This document shows, one piece after another, positions 52,480-64,000 of a DNA stretch of 64,000 nt. The notes below the pieces were generated by a model. That model made no database searches. It was not told where the DNA came from and was given only the letters and a program-made list of their open reading frames with translations. Positions within the stretch are counted from its first letter, which is position 1. Each line of letters starts with the position of its first letter. The stretch is taken from assembly GCA_964016885.1 (NCBI GenBank), contig OZ024742.1:222642001-222706000 (forward strand). Reading direction: 5' to 3'. The DNA is from Eledone cirrhosa (Eukaryota). The translations under genes and the position numbers were made by a program.

Positions 52480-54880
52480 TCACTTATTCCTGGGAAGAGT
52501 GTGAGGGCTCAGTGCTCAATCAAGCCTTTCAATGGGTCCCATCATAAGCAGCTGTCTCCAATTGATCTGGATGGATCCCCAGGCAAGACCAGCCAAGCTC
52601 ATAGATGTTATCCTGGGTCTCCTGCTGGTTGGTTTTGCCTGTAAAATCTGTCCAGTGACTCTTTCCTTAGATATTTTAACCATATGTCCGTAGTACCGGA
52701 GCTGTGATCTTTCAGTTTGGAGAAGTAGCATTACTCCAAAGATCCTTTGGGGGAACTCCATTTCATCCACTTGTATTCACGATTGTATTCTTTTGGTCAT
52801 CATTCAAGATTCACGACTATAGGTTGGCACAAATACTGAATTGAAGATAGACAGTTTGGCTTTTACATCTACCTCCCTTCTGATTACTGAATGCTGAAGC
52901 TGGCACATTACTGCACAAGCTCCTGCAATGTTTGCACTTAATTCAGCCTCCTGCCTTCCATCATTCATGATCACAGTAGCAAGATACTTGAACTTTTCCA
53001 CCTGCTTCAGTGGCACTCCATTCACATTTAGTGTGCACTGCACAGGCTTCCTTGAGAGGACAATTGTCTCAGTCTTCGCAGCACTGATTTTCATTCCAGC
53101 CATGCAGCACTACATCTCTTTGCCAGACGCTTAGCATAAACTTTACTGGATAGGCTTAAGAAAGAAATCCTTCGATAATTGGAGCAATCTCATCAACCAT
53201 TTTGAAAATTAGGATTATTACTCCTGATTGCCATTATTTTCTAGACACCTAGCACACGAGTCAGCCATAGAATACCTTCTCTATTTAAGGCTTTTAACAT
53301 CTTGGGCCAAATTTTATCCTCCCCAGTGGCCATGCCACATTTGAGCTTTTAAATTACACACGCGAGTCAGCCATAGAATACTTTCTCTGTTTAACGCTTT
53401 TAACATCTCAGGCCAAATTTCATCTTCCCCAGTGGCCTTACCACATTTGAGCTCTTTAATTGCACTTGTGACCTCAGCCTCCAAGAGATTAGTCATCGTT
53501 CCCAGCTGCTCCTCATGTACATCAGCTGCTGTTGATACTGGGTTTAGAAGATCAGCAAAATATTCTCTCCACTCCACCTCGCGAGGATACACCTCTCTGA
53601 GGAGAGAACTCCAGATGTGTTCCTGAGAGCAGGTGTGGAGGACTTATTATGTTAGCAGATGGTCTGCCAGAACACTTTATTTGCTGATCTGAAGTCAGAT
53701 ACCAGCTTAATCTCAAAGTCCTCCCATGGATACCTTTAGTGTCTCTGCTGTGGCTTTTCATGCTTGCTTGTACTGCAAGTGAAAGAAAGATTTAGTTCCA
53801 AGTCAAGCTTTGTAGGCCTTCTTCTTTGCTCGAATGGCATCTTTGACCTCTTGATTGAAACAAGGGGTCCTCTACCACCTGGTGCCACACCAAACCGCTT
53901 TCGCCCACAGCATTTAACAGCTAAAGTAGAAATTGCTGATTTAAACAGTCTCCACTCTGTTTCAATGACCTCAGTTTGCTCAGGGAGTTCTCTAAGTTTG
54001 GATGCAATAATCGTTTCTACTATTGGCACAAGGCCAGCAATTATCCCAGTGCATTACTGGTACTTTATTTTATCGACCCCCGTAAGGATGAAAGGCAAAG
54101 TTAACCTCGGCGGGATTTGAACTCAAAATGGCAAGGGCCGTAACTATGTGTCAAAGCATGGCATCCAACCCTCTACCGATACTGCCAATTCACTGCAATA
54201 ACATCTGCATACCTGGTCCTGTCTTCCTTACCTGCCAAAGCTTCCCACTTTATCCTGTAGGTTGTCCTGGATCTGTCAATTTTGTGGGTTTCCTTGGCTT
54301 TAAGTAGTCTCAAATTCAAGATAAGGCCTTTTCATTCGTATTTAGATCAGGATCGCTGTTCCTTCCAATCACTCCTTTCCAAATCAGATGGTCAGTGCCA
54401 ACATATGCATTGAAGTCTCCCATTAGGATATATGACTCAGTCTTAACTACATCTAACGCTGTAGTGACTTAAAGGAAGGACTTGTATTCAGACTGTTTGG
54501 TGCATAAATTTGCACAACCCACAGAAACTTATCTTTCAGCCGGAGAGCTTGTGAGTATCCCCGCACCCGCCTGTGCAGTTATTTCTGCATTTCTGGCACC
54601 ACACCTGAATAGTGCAGGTTCCATTCTCCATCCAAATCGATAGTACCAGAGCCACAGTAGCATCTAGCCTCCTCCACTAGTTCCTGCTCCTTACCTCTAA
54701 GGGTTGTCAAGATTTGCTCCCTTTCAAACCCTCTTTAGGGTCTTGGGATACATAATCTTTATGCGTCCATTCCACACCTTGCAGGACAAGTTGCAGGTCC
54801 ATTGCCAGTTTGTATCGCATGAGATGGAGACTGCAATGTATTTTTCGAACAGGCCCCCCTCTACCTAAGGGCTGAATGTG
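52480..54880 (-). mobile_element. Heavily degenerate RTE-like LINE (APE + RT remnants) with a nested SINE at ~54005-54195
   Basis: EWREYFADLLNP, GKATGEDEIWPEML, QVEKFKYL and SQLRYYGH fragments. Confidence 0.75.
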
Positions 54881-55481
54881 TCCCTTGTTAACTCACATAA
54901 AGGACAGTGCAGTATGACTGCTTAGTGATTTTAGGTGGTTTTTATTCTGACCAGTCACCAATCTTGTGCTTTTCACAGACCTGCCTGTGATTAATAAATA
55001 TATCACTAAATATCTTTGCCATGTAACAGTGTTCTGGAAACATCCAAAGAAGTGGAGAGGGTTGTATGGTGTTATGACATGATTTAGCATGGATTTAAGA
55101 TGATTTAGCATGGATGAGTGTGAACTGTATAAAAGAAAATGCAGGTTTAGTCATTGTTTTTAGTGTCATCGGAGCAAGAAGTGTCAAAAACTAGATTCAT
55201 CAGCATACCAAACTTAAGTTGAAATTATTTGAATTGGGGGAATGGAGTGTATAACTGGGAGAAGGGGTTACATATTGTAGAGCTAGCCTAGGTTACAGCT
55301 AATAAAAAGTCACTGTTAGTACCAGTAATGTACTGGGTAATTGCTGGCCTTGTGCCTAAAGTAGAAACAGTTATTTATACTGCCTCTGTTATTGAAAATT
55401 TAGTTTTGTTTGATGATCCTGCAAGTATGCAAGTGAAACTCCAGAGTAACAAGGCTCACCACTTAGCCATTTATATATATA

Positions 55482-56739
55482 CAAAATGCAAATGTAGAAT
55501 TGGCACCTCTATTTAAACAAATAATAATATACTATTCTGAAAACTATGATGTAAACAAATATTGCTTTCCTTTCATATTGTAACTGGCATCCAAAAATGG
55601 CAAACACAGACAGATTAAAAGAATACAAGTGGTCTGAGGAGTGAAAGGTGGTGGCATACAGTTTGCACCAGCATGAATAACAAGGCCATTGTTGACAACA
55701 TAAATCTCTCATTGCCCACAGTCCAGGGGGTGAAGGAGTTAGAGGACAGTAACATTAATGTTGACATTGCAGCTGCTAGGAAAACTCATAATTGCACAAA
55801 ACGAAGGGTAAGAAATGCTGATTTCATCTAGAAAGTTAAACAGTTTATTGAGGAAGACCCCTCCATTGGGATATGCGAGATTGCCAGGCAACTGGACTGT
55901 GATAAGAAAATTGTTAGAACTTGTGAGAAAGAAGACCTTCGTTACAAGTACTACAAGATACGGACAGGACAATTTTCTCCCTCAGATATCCAAGAACTGT
56001 GTGAAGAGGGCTACGAAGCTGTTGAACAATCTCCTGGAATTAAACGTGGTTTTTCTCAGGTAAAAAATAAAACTTTGGCCAAAACAAGCAGAATAACAGA
56101 TGGTTAGCAGATAGCCCACATGATGTTCCCAGGGTCATGAAAACCAAGTTTCCTGTCCATATCATGGCTTTTGGTGTGATCAGCAGTGAGAGACATGTCA
56201 TGCCTCCTCACATTTTTAATGTAGGCCCAAAGTTGACTCAGGATGTATATCAGGGGGTTCTGGAGACTAGTGAAGCCCTGGATTGAAGACGTGGCAGTAG
56301 AAAGACCTTATGTGATCCTGAAAGATTTTGCACCCACACACACAGCCAAAAAGACTCAAAAGTAGCTCTCAGACAACTTTTACAGTCATGTCAGCCCAAA
56401 CATGTAGCCCCCTAATTCTCCAGACTGCAATCTTCTGAACTATTTTTTCTGGGCGTGGTCAAGAGAGTCACCAACAAGACTGCCTACAACACCAAGGACG
56501 AGCTGAAGCAGCACATCTGCCAGGCATTCCAAGATTTACCAGCTGCAACTGTGAAACCAGCTTGTTCCTGATACCAAGGTTGCCTTGAGGAGGTTAGAGA
56601 TTATATTGAATAATTATGTAGTATACGGTTCCAGTAATTTCGTGTATCTTGAATTTTCAATAAATCTTAAAAAATAAAGATTTCATGGGTTTTTTTCCCT
56701 GAATTCTGTCAGCCATACCAATTCTACATTTGCACCCTG
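55482..56739 (+). mobile_element. Tc1/mariner-superfamily transposon relic (probably DD37D/maT type)
   Basis: TIRs ca(aaa/ggg)tgcaaatgtagaattgg with TA at the left end. The pseudo-transposase reads QNNRWLA..KFPVHIMAFGVISS..FAPTHTAKKTQ..PPNSPDCN. Confidence 0.8.
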
Positions 56740-56770
56740 TGTGTGTATATATATAGTAATAAATTAGAAG

Positions 56771-57099
56771 GCAGTAATCTATAATTTCACCACATTCTAT
56801 AATCTAATCACTTATACGTATTTCGATGGTATCTGTTATGTAGTCCTCGGACATGATCTCTTCAAACAGTTCTCACTTGCACACACATTAGCGATGCAAG
56901 TTCTTATGTGATATACCAGCTGGAAAGCTTAGTGTTTTCTTCATTGCCAGCTGGTATATCTCATAAGAACTTACATCATTAATGTTTATGCAAGTGAGAA
57001 CTGTCTGAAGAGATCCTATCTGAGGATTACATCACCGATACCACCGAAATACGTATAAATGATTAAATTATAGAATGTGGCGAAATTCTAAAATACTGC
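56771..57099. repeat. Foldback palindrome family E with an HHR-like motif (57000-57060, + strand)
   Basis: Diverged inverted arms; actgt CTGAAGA G...C GAA ATACGTAT A. A third fragment at 57310-57370 supplies the matching ACAGT. Confidence 0.8.
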
Positions 57100-58135
57100 G
57101 TGGTGTGAGTAGGTTATGTCTGAAAGGATGGTTGGCTGGTAGAGAAGCAGAGACCAGCGGCCAAAACGATGGCTTGATAATGTTAACTTATGGACTGGAC
57201 TTGATCTTTGCTCTTTAAACTCTGCTGCTAGTGATCGAACTTTGTGGAGAAAAATATCTCATGTTGATACGCAGTCTGCAACTGGCGGAGTTTAGCGTCA
57301 AAGTAAGTAGTACCACCGAAATACATATAACAGTGATTACATGATAGAATGCAGTGAAATTCTAATGTACTATCTTCTAATTGATTACGATTGCAACATT
57401 CTGTCGTACACACATCTACGTGATAATATAACGAGGAAACTATACAACGTCGAGTGCTCAATGTGCTTACACAAGTATTTATTGATTCATACTTGCAACT
57501 GGGAAACTAATAACGGATTAACATAAAATTACTATTTTATATATATATATATATATATATACGTGGAGGGCCCTTGTTGTAGGGGTACCCTCGTGGGCAT
57601 TTAAAACTAACAGAACCCATCTGTATGTATATATGCCATGTCTGCGTTCAACAAATAGATATCAATAAAATATATACCAATCTTGAAAAATAGAAACGAA
57701 AAATACAGGGGGTTGATATGATCGACTAAATCCTCTAAGGGTGGTGCCACAGCATGGCCGCAGTCTAATGACTGAAACCGGTAAAAGAATTTAATGCAAA
57801 ATGAGAAGCAATCCACACGTTCATTGCAGTAAAGTATGTAATTAGGTAAGCTAGACTTATGTGTGATGGTGTTGTTTTTATCAATGACAGAAAAATATTT
57901 GTAAACGGTCGTCTATAAATGATTTTCACTGGTATAAAAATGGATAAATGCTTTATATAATTTTTTATAATATCTAAAATAAAAAAAAAATTTTTAAATG
58001 ATTTTTAAAACATGAATGATGATCTTGGTAAATTCTGTATTACGATATACAATAAGATGTGAAGAATTTATTATAAATATATTTCAAAACATTTTAGCCA
58101 CGGTCAAGCTTAAAACCGTTTTGATGGTGAAATGT

Positions 58136-58172
<37 letters not shown>

Positions 58173-58299
58173 CCCACTTTGAAAAGAGCATTAAGCACGA
58201 AACTCCTAGCCCTCGAAACACGGGTATAACTTCGCAACACCAATATACATCTCCACCCATATATATATATAAAATAAATATATACACACATATATAATA

Positions 58300-58635
58300 T
58301 ACATACACATAAATAAATATAATATATTATAAATAAATATATATAAATAAATATTATATATATATATATATATAAATAAATAAATATTATATATATATAA
58401 ATAAATAAATATTATATATATATATATAAATATTATATATATATATATATAAATATTATATATATATATATATAAATATTATATATATATATATATAAAT
58501 ATTATATATATATATATATAAATATTATATATATATATATATAAATATTATATATATATATATATAAATATTATATATATATATATATAAATATTATATA
58601 TATATATATATAAATATTATATATATATATATATA

Positions 58636-58690
<55 letters not shown>

Positions 58691-58750
58691 TTATATATGT
58701 ATATATAAATAAATATTATATATGTATATATAAATAAATATTATATATAT
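58300..58750. repeat. Compound AT minisatellite, ~23-bp unit (AAATATT(AT)n)
   Basis: Visible tandem periodicity. Confidence 0.9.
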
Positions 58751-59681
58751 GTGTGTGTCGCCCATTATAAGGGTGAATGCGGAGGGTACATTTGTAAAAT
58801 AGACAATGAGATGAGATTGCTTAACGGGAGTTGGATATTTTCACTAGGTCAGACACATTAAGTCCAACACCGAAACCCCCTTTTTATATATTTTTAAGAG
58901 CACTTCTTCAGTTAATGCAGCCATGGGAAGGGAGTAAAAATACAAGGCAGGAGAAGGGGGAGGTGGAGCAAGAGGAGGAGAAGCACAATAGAGATTTCTC
59001 TCAACAAAGCGCGCACATAAAATTTGTTTGACAAAACATGCATAAATGCCGGTATACTCGCTACTGTACTGCTTTGCAAATATAAATGAAGCGGAAATAT
59101 TTAATAGTGTGAATGAACGTGACATATGCATTAATAGATATCTATATATGTCTGTCTGAAATATAAATATACCGGTTTAAAGAGACATCGAATATGACAG
59201 GGGCTAACGGTGGCAGTAGCAGCTGTCTGTCCGGTATGATGAATGAGCCATCCATATAGATAGAAAGTAGCGAGCCATGACACACGCAAGTACCCGTCAT
59301 TCATTCATTTAGACAGACAAGAGATTATAGTCAAGCACTAACAAATTATAACTAATATATAGATATTCGACGTAAATAAGGAATTAAATAAAGGGGGTAA
59401 AAGCTAGATTTAAAAAGGTAAATGAGATATTAAGTGAGAATGGATTTTTAAAAAGAAACGAACCGTTGAATAAAAGATACGTGTTATGTTTAAGTGAGTA
59501 CAGACAGTTCATATTACTAATACAGAAGATAATTTTATGTATAAATAAGCGAAAATAAAACAAGGGATTTTGAAAATAACGAAGGTAAAATGCAGAAGAC
59601 GATTTGACAGCCATTACATTGTACAACACAACATGACATGACAACGAAGACCATTTTTCTACATGTGGCTTGTCAACTTAC

Positions 59682-59819
59682 TTTGAATCTGTAAATTGGT
59701 CGTGTAGCATTGGAATAACCGGCTAGCATTATCGCTATTTTTTCCATAGATCCATGAAGATTTGTACCTTCTCTGTACATCTGTACAGAGACATCTAGAA
59801 GATAAAGGCGAGAGTTCAT
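59682..59819 (-). CDS. Gene B exon 1 (MNSRLYLLDVSVQMY...PIYRFK); the full product is a 216-aa tandem muconolactone-isomerase-like protein
   Basis: ATG at 59819; AAA|gtaagt donor, phase 0. The five exons sum to 651 nt, i.e. 216 aa plus stop. Confidence 0.82.
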
Positions 59820-60675
59820 TGTAGCGGACGGAGGCCGATATATATAAGATATATGCCACAGCTACCCGCGCTCTATGACGGTGACAAACAACAAATGTTT
59901 CCCTAGAATAATATTCCGTTGAATCTGTATTTTCAATTTTATTAGACATAATTTACGATCTTTAAAAATTACTTTACCTACTTATATTATTATCAAACAT
60001 AATATGTTTCTTTTTTAATTATTATATTTAAAATGCTATATATAATTTATGTTCGAAAAGTGTCTAAGCAGAACTATTAAAACGCAATCGTAAAGAAAGG
60101 AAATGTAGTATTACTCATAATAGAATTTATTTTTTTATTTGTTTTCATCTCTGTTTACCATTTAATAGATTCAATCCATAAGTGTTTTGGGGTATCAAAC
60201 CTTGTATTGAACGAAATCTAACATGTTCAGATGCTCTCATAATTTCTTTAAATAAACTTTTTTTTTTAATTAACAATTGTATGCAATATTTATATTACAA
60301 GAGACTTATAACACTGGTACAGAAATATTCCGTATCTTAAAGAAAATAAAATTTTCTCGTTCGATTCACCGATTTCATTTTGCATGCTCCGTTCATATAA
60401 TAATAATAATCCGCCACGTGTGTTTGTAAATTTATATCTCTATCCGTTTGTAACTGTTAAACATTTACGTAGACATACACAATGAATTTCTTAAATCAGA
60501 AGTTAGAAGATACAGTTAGAAGTTCGCTTTGCAAGCATTCTCAAAATTCTGGGTTTAACTCTACGTTTGCCCCATAAATTGTTATTTCTCCAAATTTACT
60601 CATACATTTAATGTTGTATGTCATTTATACATACATGGTGAACATTTATGTAATTATATCCGAAAAATAAATCAT

Positions 60676-60918
60676 TAAAATATCGTTTTTATCTTTAATA
60701 ATTTCCAGTAAATAGTATAAACTATAAGATTTCTCTTATGAAAACCATTAATACATATTTATGTTTATGTGTATGAAGTGCATGCATGTAATACTCAATG
60801 CATACATTTCATACACACAAACATAAATATGTATTAATGGTTTTCATAAGAGAAACCCTATAGTTTATGTTGATTACTGGCACGTGGAAATTACTAAAGA
60901 TAAAAAATGATATTTTAG
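60676..60918. repeat. Foldback palindrome F (~110-bp arms)
   Basis: tttctcttatgaaaaccattaatacatatttatgttt and its reverse complement flank a centre near 60792. Confidence 0.85.
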
Positions 60919-61116
60919 TATATAGTAGTTATAAATATATATTTTATTATTCACAGTTGAATCAATAATATTACAAATTGTTAATAATTCTTACAGACTG
61001 AAAATATAAACACATAATAAATACAATTATTGCTTGGAACCTCACAGAAGTATATAGTGAAAGTGAGAGAAAAAAAACAAGCAAAAGCAACCATCAGAAT
61101 ATATGTATGTGTGTGT

Positions 61117-61557
61117 GATTTCTTATCTGAAAACGTGTTGAAACAGATATTGTTATACTTTTGAAGGGTCATGCTGTCAATAAAAAAACATGCCCCTGTT
61201 GGTTTTCACTTTAATTTATTACAAATTTCTGGTTGGTTGGTTCAATAACTGGATGGTTGTTTACATATTGCCAAAGCTCTTTCGTCACACATTCTGTGAC
61301 CTCCTCAGTGACTAATTTGTTATGTAGGACAGAACAAAGGAGAGACAAAATAACAAATCAGTCACTGAGGAGGTCACAATGTATACCGAAAGAGCTTTGA
61401 CAATATACAAAACAACCATCTAGTTATTGGTCCAACCAACTGGAAATTTGTAATAAATTGAAGTAAAAACCAACAAGGGCCTGTGTTTTTATTGGCAACA
61501 TGACCCTCCCAATGTATAACAATATCTGTTTCAACACATGTTTTCAGATAAGAAATC
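61117..61557. repeat. Foldback of two family-A pLTRs, each with an HHR (61270-61312 on minus, 61361-61401 on plus)
   Basis: Arms are homologous to 10221-10405. The plus arm reads GTCA CTGAGGA GGT..ACC GAAA GAGC TT TGAC. Confidence 0.88.
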
Positions 61558-62245
61558 TTGCAAAACAAATTAAAAAACGAACAGATGACCATATATGAGC
61601 AAGACATGGTTACAACAGGACAACCCATCTAACCCATGCTACCGTAGAAGAATGGACGTAAAATGGTGATGATAATGATATATATATATATTACAAATTA
61701 TCCCCCGTCAATGTCTGATATATATATTTTATATATATATATGTCAATCAACCTTTAATTTAATTTATATATATATAATACCTAAATTAAATTAAAGATG
61801 TCGTGTCTGAGAATATTAAAAACATGCACCATACCACCTGTAGAATAAGCTCAAAGATTCTAAGGAATAAATCTGAGCATTTATTAGCATTGAATTAAAA
61901 AGCGATTGATATATATATATATATAAAATAAACACATCAAACAATTACAAGGAATAATTTGTAAAGGGTGTAAACACACATAGTTACAGAGGTAACATAA
62001 ATTTACACACACACATTTGTGTCATCATCGTCATTACTGTTTAACATGTATTTTCCATGCTTGCATTGGTTTGATGGGTTGTCATGTTATGAGGAAAGCC
62101 AGGTCAGGTGACTACGTCTTACTCATACATATCTGTTTTCAACTTCGCTTTCTATGACTAAATGCCCTTCCTAATGCCAACCACATTACAGCATGCACTG
62201 GAAGCTTTTTTGTGGCAGCACCACTGGTAGGCTGGAAGCTTTTTC

Positions 62246-62288
<43 letters not shown>

Positions 62289-62374
62289 ATACTTTGGGAG
62301 GGTCATGTTGCCAACAAATTCAGAAACGAAATATATGTATATATATATATGTATATATTTATATATATATATAT

Positions 62375-62630
62375 GCAGAGGTTATATTTAATTTGTTGGG
62401 TATTCAACAAGCTTAAACATTTTTATAACTGATATAAAGCACTCAACAGTTAGTGGAGTAAATACGAAATATATTAATAAATGGAAACTATATTTATAAA
62501 ACCATATTTATTTTATTATATATATTTCAAGGGCAACCAAGGCAAATAATTTGCCTTGGTTGCCCTTGAAATATATATAATAAAATAAATATGGTTTTAT
62601 AAATATAGTTTCCATTTATTAATATATTGT
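62375..62630. repeat. Shorter family-C foldback, centred inside HHR helix II (~62547), with the same one-sided tail
   Basis: Matches 13290-13372 and 13596-13770. Confidence 0.88.
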
Positions 62631-62714
62631 ATATATATATATATATATAAGAATAACATTAAGAAAGAAAGATGATGTGTTTACATATAGCATTTATTCA
62701 TTATAATTATTTCT

Positions 62715-62900
62715 ATGGGATTTCCTGGCATTTCTTCACTCATCGGTCATTGTCCATACCAATGCAGTCTTTTCTCCTGCACACTACCTCAGATTTCTCT
62801 TAAAGCAAGCTTCTCCCTCAGCTCATCAAATCTCTGCCTTTCTCTTACACTTAGATTGCACATCCAACGAAGCATGATTGCTTCATTTCTCTCCAGTCTC
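62715..62900 (-). mobile_element. RTE 3' fragment
   Basis: Reverse strand reads LERNEAIMLRWMCN..ERRLHWYG. Confidence 0.7.
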
Positions 62901-62907
62901 TCTCTCT

Positions 62908-62947
<40 letters not shown>

Positions 62948-63094
62948 AACGATCGACTTTCGTCAAAATCGGACCGAGGGAACAATGTTTCCGTTGGTCT
63001 TTCCAATTGCTAATACTATCTATCGGTCGCAACTCCTATATATATATATATATATATATAGTTAAAAGAATAGAGGTGTAACACACAAGTTATT

Positions 63095-63347
63095 ATATAT
63101 TGGTAAACGGAATAGAAAATGCTGACAAATTGTTCACAGTTGAAAAATGGTTTAATCAGAGCAAACAGCACGGACACTCTATCTCAAAATTATTTTTGAA
63201 AAGCATTTAGAAATGCGCAACCGGTAAAAACTTAAAAACTTAAAACCACAACTGAATACTAACCCATACAATCACTAATACTCTTTTATTCCTAATTAAA
63301 CCATTTTTCAACTGTGAACAATTTGTCAGCATTTTCTATTCCGTTTA

Positions 63348-63356
<9 letters not shown>
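63095..63356. repeat. Element with perfect ~65-bp terminal inverted repeats, abutting (TA)n
   Basis: ttggtaaacggaatagaaaatgctgacaaattgttcacagttgaaaaatggtttaat and its exact reverse complement. Confidence 0.85.
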
Positions 63357-63395
<39 letters not shown>

Positions 63396-63859
63396 AAATG
63401 TATCCCGTTGTATAAAGCATGCCAAAACGAGTTAAGAGAATTCTTCAGTTGTATTAAGGGCATGAGAACATTCATAAACTTGGTGATCTCAATGATAAAC
63501 GCACCCAGTACACTTTCTAAAGTGGTTGGTAATAGGAAGGGCATCTAACCATAGAAAACTTGCCAAACAAAGGGTTGGGAAGAATCTACAGTTGTCTCAA
63601 AAACATGATAATCTCCCTAGTGCTGGTTCCATGATAAAATGTATCTGGTAGAGCATGGGAATGTATGTAAGTGAAATGTCAGCCTCCGAACCTGTTTGAG
63701 CACTTGGTAGATGTGAGATGCAAACCCCTAGCCCATCGGGGGTGGTCAGTAGCTCTGCTTAAGTACTGATTCAATCTGATGACCCATCCAACCCTTGCAA
63801 GCAGGAAAAATAGACATTAAATGAGAAGGAGGATATAGGTATGTGCATAGAAATATGAA

Positions 63860-64000
63860 GGCTTGGGTTGTCTTAAATGGAGAATTGTCCAATGAAATCC
63901 CAGTTGATAATGGCATGAAGCAGGGAGATATCCAGACTCCCTCACTGTTTTCAATATTTTTTGCTGTGATGCTGACTCATGCATTCAAGGACATTGCAAA
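63860..64000 (+). mobile_element. RT fragment of an RTE/BovB-like LINE
   Basis: VDNGMKQGD..TPSLFSIFFAVML. Confidence 0.65.

Noticed and set aside
59659-59949. 96-aa ORF from the track
   Set aside because: Wrong frame; the frame starting at 59819 splices in phase and matches the second domain of gene B.

Overview
AT-rich, repeat-dense animal DNA. The SINE and RTE repertoire points to an octopus genome (inference). I reconstructed two minus-strand spliced genes by hand; the ORF track misses or only partly shows them. Gene A (coding exons 22727-22757, 15613-15658, 7767-7838, <1-2039) encodes an unknown protein with an N-terminal RKRK motif and a >2 kb exon containing 9-aa HLSDPQ-type repeats. 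Gene B (59682-59819, 47446-47473, 43614-43826, 42219-42334, 38533-38688) is a complete 216-aa protein with two tandem domains resembling bacterial muconolactone isomerase (CatC). The rest is mobile DNA: RTE, CRE and CR1 LINEs, a small LTR element, a Penelope-like element (PLE; RT + GIY-YIG), mariner/maT relics, piggyBac MITEs and SINEs. The most unusual structure is a set of at least five sequence-unrelated foldback palindrome families, mostly sitting in (TA)n/(TG)n tracts. They carry minimal hammerhead ribozymes (HHRs) with palindromic helix III, always arranged head-to-head with 3' ends outward. Several of these HHRs lie in sense orientation inside gene A introns. Everything was read by eye; no database search or folding computation was run.
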